Shown one piece after another: positions 1 through 8,787 of a DNA stretch of 46,361 nucleotides. How positions within the stretch are numbered: the stretch's first letter is position 1; every line of letters begins with the position of its first letter. Location of the stretch: the NCBI GenBank assembly GCA_036511435.1, contig DATCCF010000088.1, forward strand, positions 1-46,361, given 5' to 3'. Both the position numbers and the translations under genes were made by a program. The stretch comes from Terriglobales bacterium (GTDB lineage: Bacteria > Acidobacteriota > Terriglobia > Terriglobales > Acidobacteriaceae). The notes below the pieces were generated by a model that saw only the letters and a program-made list of their open reading frames with translations, was not told where the DNA came from and ran no database searches.

Positions 1-89
1 GCTTCCGCGATACTCTCTCCAGAACGTTTTCAATTATTCCCAGCGGCAACGTCTGTTCCCTGACGCGAATCAGTGAACATTCACGTCAA

Positions 90-299
90 TCAGAGCTTGA
101 GCCGCTCTTCTACGCGGATGAGGCGGTTGTCTATGTCCACCGCGTTGCTGGTAAGATTGTCGAACTTTTGATCGAAGCGGCTGAAGCGCAAGTTCATGTC
201 GGAGCGCAGATCGCGAATGCCGGTGTTTTGAAAGTAAAAGCCAACGAGAATCACAACCAATGGCAGGCACAGCGCGGTGAAAAACTGAGCATTGCTCAT
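90..299 (-). CDS. small membrane-anchored hypothetical protein (69 aa)
   Basis: ORF 4 nt downstream of ccmE on the same strand. Hydrophobic stretch FFTALCLPLVVILVGFYF is followed by a charged, heptad-like tail. No family recognised. Confidence 0.4.
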   Translation of the reverse strand: MSNAQFFTALCLPLVVILVGFYFQNTGIRDLRSDMNLRFSRFDQKFDNLTSNAVDIDNRLIRVEERLKL

Positions 300-303
300 A
301 GAA

Positions 304-777
304 CTATTCTAGGCCTCCACTCAAAGCCGCTTTCTGGGCATTGCCCTCGGCTGCCGGAGCAGCGCCAGGCTGCCCTGGCTGCTTGGGAGCGTACTTGGAG
401 GCGCACTTGGCTTGAATATTGGTGGCGTGGAAGACGCCATCGCGTCCGTACTTTCCTTCCGCCAGGGCCTGTGCATTATCTTTGAAGGTATCGGGCGGCG
501 CTTCGCTCCCGCTGTAAACCACTGGCAGGGTGCGGTCCTGCTCCATCAGCAGGAATTCCAGGTGTGTTCCCTGGCGCTTAATGGACCCGGGCTCAACGTT
601 TCCGGCCACGCGCAGCCGTTTGCTGTACGCGCCATTGCCCATGCCGTTCAGTTCCTTGATGGTGACATAGTAGCTCTTGCTGTCCTGCACGCCGGTGTAG
701 GCGAGATAGCCGAGAGCCACAATAATTACGACGATCACCGCGCCGAAGCGCACGTACCTGCGTCCCTGATCTGACAT
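304..777 (-). CDS. ccmE: cytochrome c maturation haem chaperone CcmE, Cys-variant (CxxxY)
   Basis: N-terminal TM anchor, then an OB-fold-like core (KRLRVAGNVEPGSIKR...LEFLL...LPVVYSG..PDTFKDNAQALAEGKYGRDGVFHATNIQAKCASKY) that aligns to CcmE. The canonical HxxxY haem-binding motif reads C-A-S-K-Y here. Confidence 0.8.
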   Translation of the reverse strand: MSDQGRRYVRFGAVIVVIIVALGYLAYTGVQDSKSYYVTIKELNGMGNGAYSKRLRVAGNVEPGSIKRQGTHLEFLLMEQDRTLPVVYSGSEAPPDTFKDNAQALAEGKYGRDGVFHATNIQAKCASKYAPKQPGQPGAAPAAEGNAQKAALSGGLE

Positions 778-952
778 TGAGATCTAAACCCTCTGAGCTG
801 CTGAATGCCTGACTGCGGAAGCGTTAGGCTTCCGCCCAATGGTTTAAGGATACCGCTTTTGACAGCACAGTGCCATGTGATTCACATCACATCGGCGACT
901 TTCCCCATTGGGTACGGCAGAAACAAGCTGGCCCAGGCTTTCCGGAGGACGG

Positions 953-1333
953 TTAAGCGGCGCCGCGATGGCGGTTTGCCTCGGCCAGGCTTGATCGCAC
1001 CAGTTCGATCAAATCGGGCGGTGGGAAGGGCTTGGCCCGGAAGACGACCTCTAGCCCTTCGTACTCGGAGACGGCGTCTGGCAGGCCACTGAGCACGACG
1101 ATCGGGATCCAATTGTTTTCCGCTCGGATTCTGCGGACTAATTCCGGCCCGCCACAGCCCGGCATCAGGTGATCGGTGACGATCACCCCAATGCGATTAC
1201 GGATGATGCGGAGCATAGCCAGGGCGCTTTCGGCGCTGGTAGCTACGGACACCTGGAACCCGGCCCTCCGCAGGACCGCTTCGCGGACGCTCAGTTGTAC
1301 TGGATTGTCGTCAACGAGTAGAACCTGGTTCAA
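953..1333 (-). CDS. single-domain response regulator (CheY-like receiver)
   Basis: Receiver signature: VLLVDDNPV...IGVIVTDHLMPGCGG...IPIVVLSG...KPF. The ORF is open to 1498. A TTG at 1333 preceded by AGGAGA gives a typical ~126-aa receiver starting (M)NQVLLVDD, so the start is uncertain. Confidence 0.7.
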   Translation of the reverse strand: MNQVLLVDDNPVQLSVREAVLRRAGFQVSVATSAESALAMLRIIRNRIGVIVTDHLMPGCGGPELVRRIRAENNWIPIVVLSGLPDAVSEYEGLEVVFRAKPFPPPDLIELVRSSLAEANRHRGAA

Positions 1334-1606
1334 AAATCCATCTCCTGCACCTCTTCCCGGAGCACTGTTGCCGAAAACGCAAAGCCACAAGGACGGGGTA
1401 CACAACCAGATACTCAGAAAGACTTCCTCCGACATGCACCAACCAGATACTCGCGACCAGAATGTGACGCAACCGCGGTCAGCCGCGAAGGAAGGCACTT
1501 CCCGCGCGGCGCGCCGCTATCTTCGAACGCAAATGGTCACTGGCTGATGCAAGACCAAGATCTGGCTCACCAAAACCCAAGAATGACTGCCGACTACCTC
1601 AAGGCC

Positions 1607-1903
1607 CTAAGCGGTGCGCTGCTGACCGCAAACCTCTTCCTTCGCTCGTAACCAGTCCTGCTCGGGAGAACCGCCCTTGCCTTCGCGTTGCAAGTACAGC
1701 TCATAGGCGCGAGCGCGGACCTTCTCCTCCACTACCGGCGAGGCTTGAGACGCATGAGCGAATTGGGGCGTCGTCGTCACCGGTTGCGCTGCCTGAGTGG
1801 CGTTTCCGTTCTCAGGCTGAGTACCATTCCCGACCTCGGGAGTAGTCTTGCGGCTCCGTTTTTTCGGCGTGGTGCCATCATTGGCTCGTGTTGCTTTCGG
1901 CAT
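1607..1903 (-). CDS. DUF2934-like small protein
   Basis: C-terminal motif RARAYELYLQREGKGGSPEQDWLRAKEE is typical of DUF2934. The N-terminus is disordered and basic. Family name from memory. Confidence 0.6.
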   Translation of the reverse strand: MPKATRANDGTTPKKRSRKTTPEVGNGTQPENGNATQAAQPVTTTPQFAHASQASPVVEEKVRARAYELYLQREGKGGSPEQDWLRAKEEVCGQQRTA

Positions 1904-2191
1904 TGTACTTGACTCCTAGACCAAGAAATTTGCAGCTGGTCCGCGCTCAACTGACAGTCGCGGCCGATCACTACTGCTTCAACTATAAACGAATCGGATG
2001 CGGTTATGGAGCGCCAAGAACCTTTTTCCACAACTTTATGCAACTCAAATGAACATTCTGTTACTGATCACAGGTTGCTATCGTTTCAATGCTCTTTGTT
2101 GTCCAATAGGGGTTGGGAGCTCGACGGTTCAGGAACCAAGCTTCCCGCGCTTGCGTATAACTTAAAGGGGGCGGAGCCCCGGTTCACCCCG

Positions 2192-3439
2192 ATGCTATTT
2201 TTCGAGACTCTGCGACAGATGTTGCGAACCTTGTGGGCGCACAAGCTGCGCTCCTTCCTGACCATGTTTGGCATTGCCTGGGGAGTGGGATCTCTATTGC
2301 TGCTGGTGGGATTGGGAGAAGGATTTCGCTCGGGCAACCGGCGCGAACTGAACTCGCTCGGGGAAGACATCATGTTCATGTTTCCCGGACGGGCTCCCGC
2401 GGTGGCGGGCAACATGAGTTCCGGCCGCGAGTACCGCCTCACCTACAAGGACTACCTTGATGTTCAGCGCGAAGCCCCGCACGTCCGCGCGGTTGCGCCC
2501 GTGCTAAGAAGGCAGGACATTCGCGAAGTCAGCGACTACGGCAACACCAACGGCGAGGTCGTCGGCGTTCCACCGCACTTCAACACGATTCGCTACCTGC
2601 CGCTCGATAGTGGCCGCTGGCTCAATGACGCTGACGATACCCAGAAGCGCTTCGTGTGCGTGGTCGGGGACGAGATGGTGAAGAACCTGTTTCCCGGCGG
2701 TAGAACCGCAGTCGGCAGCGCCATCCTGCTGAATGGCATTCGCTTCGAGGTTGTCGGAGTCGTACAGCGCGTAGGCCACGGCGATGACAACTCCACTAAC
2801 AACCGGGTGCTCCTTACTTACACAATGATGCACCAGTTCTTTCCGCTGGCCGGAGAACAGCAGTTGGATGCCGTGTCGTTCTTGAACTATCGGCCGCGGG
2901 TGCGCGACGAGCACGCCATCGCCCGTCAGGAAGTGCGAAAGATCGTCGCCCGCAATCACGGCTTCGATTGGCGCAATGAAGATGCCTTCGAGGACTGGGA
3001 CACCGTCAAGAACGCGGAGACAGTGGGCAAGATCTTCGACGTGATGGATATTTTCCTGGGCGGCGTTGGCCTGGTCACGTTGACTCTGGGCGCGATTGGC
3101 ATCGTCAACATCATGCTGGTCGCGGTGAGCGAGCGGACCCGCGAGATCGGCTTGCGTAAAGCGCTGGGCGCAACCAACCATAGCATCCTGTTGCAGTTCT
3201 TTCTGGAGGGTGCCTTTCTCACCCTGATGAGCGGAGCCATCGGCATGGGCGGCGCTGCGCTACTGATGCACCTGATGAGCGGCATGGGAAAGGTGCCAGG
3301 GTTCGATCCTCCGACCATGTCGTACCTGTCGGCGACGGTCGCCATTGGAACGCTGGCACTGGTCGGAATTTTCGCCGGACTTTATCCCGCACGCAAGGCC
3401 GCAATGTTGCAGCCCGTAGAAGCCCTGAGGCAGGAGTAG
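2192..3439 (+). CDS. ABC transporter permease, MacB/FtsX type
   Basis: N-terminal TM (LRSFLTMFGIAWGVGSLLL), a large periplasmic domain, and a C-terminal FtsX region (VSERTREIGLRKALGAT...YPARKAAMLQPVEALRQE). The ORF is open from 2006; the ATG at 2192 fits homolog N-termini. Confidence 0.8.
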   Translation: MLFFETLRQMLRTLWAHKLRSFLTMFGIAWGVGSLLLLVGLGEGFRSGNRRELNSLGEDIMFMFPGRAPAVAGNMSSGREYRLTYKDYLDVQREAPHVRAVAPVLRRQDIREVSDYGNTNGEVVGVPPHFNTIRYLPLDSGRWLNDADDTQKRFVCVVGDEMVKNLFPGGRTAVGSAILLNGIRFEVVGVVQRVGHGDDNSTNNRVLLTYTMMHQFFPLAGEQQLDAVSFLNYRPRVRDEHAIARQEVRKIVARNHGFDWRNEDAFEDWDTVKNAETVGKIFDVMDIFLGGVGLVTLTLGAIGIVNIMLVAVSERTREIGLRKALGATNHSILLQFFLEGAFLTLMSGAIGMGGAALLMHLMSGMGKVPGFDPPTMSYLSATVAIGTLALVGIFAGLYPARKAAMLQPVEALRQE

Positions 3440-3441
3440 TT

Positions 3442-4683
3442 ATGGTCAAAGATCTGCTGACACAGGCCTACGGCGCCATGCGCCACAATCGGCGACGCAC
3501 TGCGTTGACCATGCTGGGAATGGCTTGGGGAATCGCGACGGTGGTTCTGCTGCTGGCCTACGGCGCCGGATTCGGCCGCGCCATCGAGGTCATCTTCGCC
3601 AATTGGGGAACGCGCATTATCGGCGTCTTTCCCGGGCGCACTTCCCAGCAGGCCGGCGGGCAAAAGGCCGGCACCAAGATCAGGTTCACTTTCGAAGACA
3701 TCGATCGCATTGTGAATGCTGCCCCTCTCGTGCAGCGCATCACCCCGATGGTGGAGAAGGACTGCGTTGTGCAACAGGATGTTCGCACCTACACTCTTCC
3801 TATCAACGGCGTTTATCCCAGCATGTTCAAGATTCAGGCTTTGACGCTGGGCGAGGGCCGCCTGATGAACGAGGACGACGAGTTGTCGCGCGCGCGGGTA
3901 GCGGTCATCGGCTCCGAGGCCAAGACCAAGCTATTCTCCGGCCAGCCCGCTCTGGGCCAGTACGTGCGCATTGACGGTATCAGCTACCGGGTTGTGGGCG
4001 TTCTTGCGCCGCATATGCAAGAGGGCGATGACAGCATCAACAAAGTGATCTATATTCCCTTCAGCACCATGAGCGATTTCAAGGACACGCATTACCTGGA
4101 CGGCATCTGGCTCGACTACGAAGGCAATGAATATGAGTTGGTGGAGCACCAGGTGCGCGCAGTTCTCGCCCAGCAGTACAACTTCAAGCCCGACGACAAG
4201 CGCGCTGTGTTCGTCTTCAACATGATGCGCCAATTGAAGCAGTTCCAAATCATAACGGCGGGCTTGCAGGTTCTGCTGGCCTTCATCGGGACGCTGACCC
4301 TGGGCATCGGCGGCGTGGGGCTGATGAACATCATGCTGGTATCGGTCACCCAGCGCACGCGTGAGATTGGCGTGGAAAAGGCCCTCGGCGGCCGGCGCCG
4401 CGACATCCTGTTTCAGTTCCTGGCAGAAGCCCTGGCGATCACCTTTGCCGGCGGCATCGCCGGCATCGCCATGGCCTATGCGATTTCGATTGGCGTGGGC
4501 CGTCTCACCTTCTACAGTGCGGTTGCCAAGAATGCCGAAGCCGCCGACATCCGGCTGATTATCGATCCCAAGATCGTCTTCATTGCCACCATTATTCTGA
4601 CGTTGGTGGGCCTGGTCAGCGGAATGCTGCCCGCCATCAAAGCCTCGCGGCTCGATCCCATCGAAGCGCTGAGGTACGAGTAG
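3442..4683 (+). CDS. ABC transporter permease, MacB/FtsX type (tandem paralog)
   Basis: Same architecture as the preceding gene (VTQRTREIGVEKALGGRRRDI...LPAIKASRLDPIEALRYE). It starts 2 nt after the preceding stop. No ATPase or adaptor gene is adjacent. Confidence 0.85.
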   Translation: MVKDLLTQAYGAMRHNRRRTALTMLGMAWGIATVVLLLAYGAGFGRAIEVIFANWGTRIIGVFPGRTSQQAGGQKAGTKIRFTFEDIDRIVNAAPLVQRITPMVEKDCVVQQDVRTYTLPINGVYPSMFKIQALTLGEGRLMNEDDELSRARVAVIGSEAKTKLFSGQPALGQYVRIDGISYRVVGVLAPHMQEGDDSINKVIYIPFSTMSDFKDTHYLDGIWLDYEGNEYELVEHQVRAVLAQQYNFKPDDKRAVFVFNMMRQLKQFQIITAGLQVLLAFIGTLTLGIGGVGLMNIMLVSVTQRTREIGVEKALGGRRRDILFQFLAEALAITFAGGIAGIAMAYAISIGVGRLTFYSAVAKNAEAADIRLIIDPKIVFIATIILTLVGLVSGMLPAIKASRLDPIEALRYE

Positions 4684-4729
4684 GCACCCCGTCTAGCTTT
4701 CACCCCGGTTAGAATAGAAATCTAACTTT

Positions 4730-5590
4730 ATGATCCGATCAATTGTGTTCCCTCGCATTGCCGGGAAGTCGCTGGAGGAGTTACAGCCTGCGCTGGAGTT
4801 GTTTCGCGCCCTGGGTTTCGCACTGGGCAATGAGTGGCATGAGGGCGGAAACCACGGAATCGAGATGCTGGCTCCAAGCGGAGGCATTGAGTTCCTTGCC
4901 GCCGCGGATGCGCCCAGCGTCGATGCGATGGTGGAAGTCTCCGATGCCGACGGCGCATGGCAGATCGCTAAAAAGCTTGGCGTGACCATCCGTCGCGAGA
5001 TCGGCGATACGCCTTACGGCGCGCGGCTCTTCGAAGTGGAACTGAGTGGGCTTCGCGTTGGGTTCCTGACGTACGCGAGAAAAGCTGGAGAGAGTCGCGG
5101 GCTGGAAGCTTCGCTGAATGCGGCCGGAAAGCAGTTCGCTATCGTGGCGAGCCGCTTTAATTCGTTCATTACCGAGCGTCTGCTGGATGGCGCGCTGCTG
5201 GCGTTGCGGCAATGCGGAGCGAATCCAGACGACATCACTATCGTTCAGGTGCCGGGGGCCTTCGAGATTCCCGCCGCGGCACGACAGCTTGCGCAGAGCG
5301 GACGCTACCATGCCATCGTCTGCATCGGCTGTCTCTTGCGCGGCGGTACCCTGCACTATGAGGTGATTGCCAACGAAGTAACACGCGGAGTGGGTCAGTC
5401 GGCGCAGGAAACCGGAGTCCCGCACGCCTTTGGAGTGCTTACCTGTGACACCCTGGAGCAGGCCATCGACCGCGCGGGATTGAAGGCGGGCAACAAAGGA
5501 TTCGAGGCTGGCCTGGCGGCAGTGGAAATGGCGTCATTGCGGCAGCAGGTTGTCGGGCACGTGGCCAGTACAGCGGACGGAAAGCGATGA
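4730..5590 (+). CDS. ribH: fusion: N-terminal glyoxalase/VOC-like domain + 6,7-dimethyl-8-ribityllumazine synthase
   Basis: The C-terminal ~155 aa are clearly RibH (FAIVASRFNSFITERLLDGA...VQVPGAFEIP...IVCIGCLLRGGTLHYEVIANE...GVLTCDTLEQAIDRAG). The N-terminal ~125 aa look like a VOC fold. It is one uninterrupted ORF with no ATG, GTG or TTG at the RibH boundary. Confidence 0.8.
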   Translation: MIRSIVFPRIAGKSLEELQPALELFRALGFALGNEWHEGGNHGIEMLAPSGGIEFLAAADAPSVDAMVEVSDADGAWQIAKKLGVTIRREIGDTPYGARLFEVELSGLRVGFLTYARKAGESRGLEASLNAAGKQFAIVASRFNSFITERLLDGALLALRQCGANPDDITIVQVPGAFEIPAAARQLAQSGRYHAIVCIGCLLRGGTLHYEVIANEVTRGVGQSAQETGVPHAFGVLTCDTLEQAIDRAGLKAGNKGFEAGLAAVEMASLRQQVVGHVASTADGKR

Positions 5591-6024
5591 CCAAGGCCGG
5601 CACTCGCAGGAAGTCGCGCGAATTGGCGCTGCAGATGTTGTTTCAAATGGAAATGGGAAAGCAGAATCCCGATCAGGTGCGGCAATCGTTCTGGAGTGAA
5701 CGCCAGGACCTCGATGACAAGGTGCGCGGCTTTGCCGACGACCTGTTCGGTATGGCTGTCGAACGCGGCGAGGAGATCGACCAGTTGATTGAGCGCAACG
5801 CGGAGCATTGGCGGATGGACCGCATGGCCGCGGTGGATCGCAATCTTCTGCGCGCTGGGGTGGCTGAGTTCTTAGGATTCCCGGAAACGCCGCGTGCGGT
5901 CGTGATCAATGAAGCCCTGGAGATTGCGCGGCGTTTTTCCACGCCCGAGTCCGTGCACTTCATCAACGGCGTACTCGACAGCGTGGCCCGCGAACTGGGA
6001 GAAGGCAAGAAGAAGACAGAATGA
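5587..6024 (+). CDS. nusB: transcription antitermination factor NusB
   Basis: SRELALQMLFQMEMG...AEHWRMDRMAAVDRNLLRAGVAEF...PRAVVINEALEIARRFS..SVHFINGVLD. ATGA overlap with ribH, which is the canonical ribH-nusB pairing. Confidence 0.9.
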   Translation: MTKAGTRRKSRELALQMLFQMEMGKQNPDQVRQSFWSERQDLDDKVRGFADDLFGMAVERGEEIDQLIERNAEHWRMDRMAAVDRNLLRAGVAEFLGFPETPRAVVINEALEIARRFSTPESVHFINGVLDSVARELGEGKKKTE

Positions 6025-6043
6025 AAAGCAACGTTCGGGTAGT

Positions 6044-6527
6044 GCGGACCTTCAAGTCCGCGTTCAAGCCTTTTGCTTAATGATTCCAGAGTCGGCTTCA
6101 CAGGCTGCGGAAAAACCCTGTGCAAAACCGTGGAGTGTACTTCTTGGTGGAAGCCCCCGCATTTATGCGGGGGAAGGAGCGCTTCAGCGCTCCGGAAAAG
6201 TTCGGCTTTGAGCACGCGCTTTAGCGCCGGGGATCGAGAATCCCGGGGCTAAAGCCCATTTCAAAATCGCCCCCTTTTACGCTGGACTAAAGTCGAGATC
6301 CCATGCTGAAGCAGGGGGCTTCTACCAAAAACCTTCCCTCGAGTTTTCTCGCAGCCTTAAGCTAGGTACCGATCTCAAGGCCCATCCTACGCAGCCATCC
6401 CCGGCGACTTTCCAGCAGCTTGCTTAGAGCAGTTTAAGAATTACTGTAGTCGAGCGAGCACGGGTAGAGCGGCGCTTCAGCGCCGCGTTCCCGCTGATCC
6501 TTCACCTCCGAGCCGGCTTCAGCCGGC
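6044..6527. repeat. cluster of short GC-rich stem-loops with T-rich tetraloops (REP-like) in a ~520-bp ORF-free gap
   Basis: Hairpins read directly:
- GCGGAC-cttcaa-GTCCGC (6044-6061)
- CCCCCGCA-ttta-TGCGGGGG (6154-6173)
- GGAGCGC-ttca-GCGCTCC (6176-6193)
- GCGC-ttta-GCGC (6216-6227)
- GCGGCGC-ttca-GCGCCGC (6469-6486)
- GCCGGC-ttca-GCCGGC (6512-6527). Confidence 0.5.
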
Positions 6528-6549
6528 GGCACCTAGACTACACAAATAA

Positions 6550-7050
6550 CTAAACCGCTCTAGTCAGCGCCAGCGCATCGTGGAGTGCAGTTGCAAGCTG
6601 CACAGCATTCCCCCGGGCGGCTATGTGCATGTACATGACCCTTGGGCTTTCATGCAGCAAGTGGTTGTGAAGGGCCGTCTGCTCGATGCCGCCCTGCTGC
6701 AGTTTCAGCATCACGGGTTCGACCTCACCTTCACTGAGAACCAGATCGCCCATGACCATAACCTGGCCACCCATTCTCTTGAATGCCAGCCACGAACCCA
6801 ATGCCAGTGGAGCGCTGATCAGAGTGCCATCCACGGTTACCTGCATGTCGGTGCGCGGCATGCCGAACTTGTAAACGTCTCCGGGCTGCAACTTGCCGGC
6901 ACGGCCGAGTGCGGTTTCCACCTGTTTCCACTCGGCACTTGCGCCCGGTCCGCTGTTGGTTTGCGCCCGTGTGCCTGCTTGCACGAGCGCGATGAAAAGG
7001 TACGCTAAAACTGTCCAATCAGAAATTTTCTGTGTGTGAACTGACCGCAT
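6550..7050 (-). CDS. secreted DUF1259 (LppY/LpqO-like) protein
   Basis: Signal-peptide-like N-terminus plus VYKFGMPRTDMQVTVDG...GSWLAF...VMGDLVLSEGEVEPVMLKLQQGGIEQTALHNHLLHESPRVMYMHI. Family name from memory. Confidence 0.6.
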   Translation of the reverse strand: MRSVHTQKISDWTVLAYLFIALVQAGTRAQTNSGPGASAEWKQVETALGRAGKLQPGDVYKFGMPRTDMQVTVDGTLISAPLALGSWLAFKRMGGQVMVMGDLVLSEGEVEPVMLKLQQGGIEQTALHNHLLHESPRVMYMHIAARGNAVQLATALHDALALTRAV

Positions 7051-7067
7051 GTCACTCTCCTTGTTGT

Positions 7068-8321
7068 TTATCTTGCGGAAATGTTAGCTGAGGTTGAGGA
7101 ACGAACAACCAACTCCTCCGGAGGTTTCAGGTGGCGGAAGTTGCGATAGAGCAGCAGGTCGTAGGCGATTTTCAGCGTCCCGCCGATGACCACCGGCGCT
7201 GAAAACGCAAGCCGTTGCATCACAAGTCCAGACAACGCCGCCGCCGCTGCCCACGCACCAGTTCTGGTGACGTTCGTAATCCCGCTGGCGTACGGACGTT
7301 CCTGTGGTTTTACCAGCGCCGCCACATAGGACTGCCGCGTCGGCACGTCCATCTCTACGAAGATCTCTCTGAGAAGAAACAGCGCGATAGCCAATTTTGG
7401 GCCGGTGGCGAGTGGCACGGTGATAAGAAAAATGCTCGATGGCAAATGGGTGAACACCATCGTGTTCACAAGCCCGATTCGTTATGCTATCCACGCCGCT
7501 CCCAGATGCGAAGCGGCGTTCAGCACATGGACTGCGAAAAACAAAATCCCCAGCTTCTGCTCGCCGATGCCAAAGCGGTGAAAAAACCAATACGCAACCA
7601 GCGCGTCAGTAAGAAAGCCGCCACCGAATGCGTCAATCGCGAACAACGCTGCGATTCGATGGACGATCCTCCGGCTTTGTAGTGAAACGGTGGGTTCCTG
7701 CCTGGCGGGTTCCTGCCTGTGCGTTAGCTGGCTTTCCACGGGAAGCAGAAGATACAAACCTGCGATGACAACGTGAAGGCCCGTGTATCCCAGGAAGACA
7801 TAACGGTATGCAGCGACTAAGTCCACATGCGACCAGAGGCTCACCGCCAGGGGTAGAGCGGCCCCAAGGGCGCCGATTGCTCCGCCGCTGTCGAGCAAGA
7901 CGTTGTACCACGACAACCCCCAAGTTCGACTTCGTTCGGGAACAAGGCCCGGGATGATGGCCTGTTCCAGCGCAAACGCCGCACTTCGGTCGGTCCCCAT
8001 CCCATTCACCATGCCTATGAAAACCAGAAGCAGCAGGACCGGAAAGGATGGCAGGGCCGCGAGTGCGCCGCCGCCGACTGCCGCAAGCAATGACAGAGCC
8101 ACAAGAGAGGTCCTGTACCCAACTCGCGACCCGGCCCACGCGACCACTGCCGTTGCGGCACACGCTCCCAGCAATCCAGCGCCGATTGCGACCCCGATGC
8201 CGGTGGCGCCGACGCCAACACGCGAGAGGTACACGGCGAGAATGACACCGAGCAAACCAACTCCAAGCGAGCGCAGGAATCCCGCCACATAGATCAATAG
8301 AAGCGTGCGTGAGAGCCGCAT
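7068..8321 (-). pseudogene. MFS transporter interrupted by one in-frame TAA
   Basis: ORFs 7482..8321 and 7068..7469 are in the same frame. The join reads ...HLGAAWIA-TAA-RIGLVNTMVFTHLPSS..., a continuous MFS-like sequence. The stop codon is at 7482-7484. Confidence 0.75.
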
Positions 8322-8323
8322 CC

Positions 8324-8761
8324 CTAACTCTCCGACCGGCGGGCGTATTCGTAGAGCGCATCATAGATCGGGAACCCTCGCGCCAGCCGCTCTTCGTCGC
8401 TCAGTTGCATCGCCGCGAAACCTTCGGCGATTGCTCGCAGCCCCAATCCTTCCGCCGCGACCGATTCCTGGCCTTTCACATCGGCTGCACGAACAATCAG
8501 CGCCAGCCGCGCCAATCCTGGAGTCTGCAGCTTATAGTCGGCGATGATGGCCTCAAAGCTGCACATATCCCCACGGTGATTCAGCTTGACTTCGGGAATC
8601 TTGGGGGCGTCGAACGGAACTGCCTGCTCGGCGTTCGCGATATTCAGCAGCTGATCTTCCTCGACGAAGAGAAATTGGGCTTCGGGATCGACAAAACGCC
8701 TGATCAGCCACGGACAAGCGACTCGGTCCACTTTGACGTTTTTTCGAGTGATCCACTTCAA
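8324..8761 (-). CDS. chromate-resistance (ChrB C-terminal-like) domain protein
   Basis: KWITRKNVKVDRVACPWLIRRFVDPEAQFLFV is typical of the Chrome_Resist family (from memory). A TTG at 8761 preceded by GGAGGTG is the likely start; the ORF is open to 8815. Confidence 0.65.
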   Translation of the reverse strand: MKWITRKNVKVDRVACPWLIRRFVDPEAQFLFVEEDQLLNIANAEQAVPFDAPKIPEVKLNHRGDMCSFEAIIADYKLQTPGLARLALIVRAADVKGQESVAAEGLGLRAIAEGFAAMQLSDEERLARGFPIYDALYEYARRSES

Positions 8762-8787
8762 GCGACACCTCCTACTGCACTTGGCAC

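Noticed and set aside
2504-3181. Long antisense or alternative-frame ORFs across the window (for example 2504..3181 -, 9786..10703 +, 15160..15993 +, 25740..26294 +, 40552..41328 +, 42049..42873 +)
   Set aside because: They lie entirely inside genes with clear family signatures on the other strand or frame. Their products are Arg/Pro/Gly-rich, as expected for shadow ORFs in high-GC DNA.
4684-4729. FMN riboswitch upstream of ribH
   Set aside because: Only 46 nt separate the permease stop from the ribH-fusion start. This is too short for an FMN element, and no conserved FMN-box sequence was seen.
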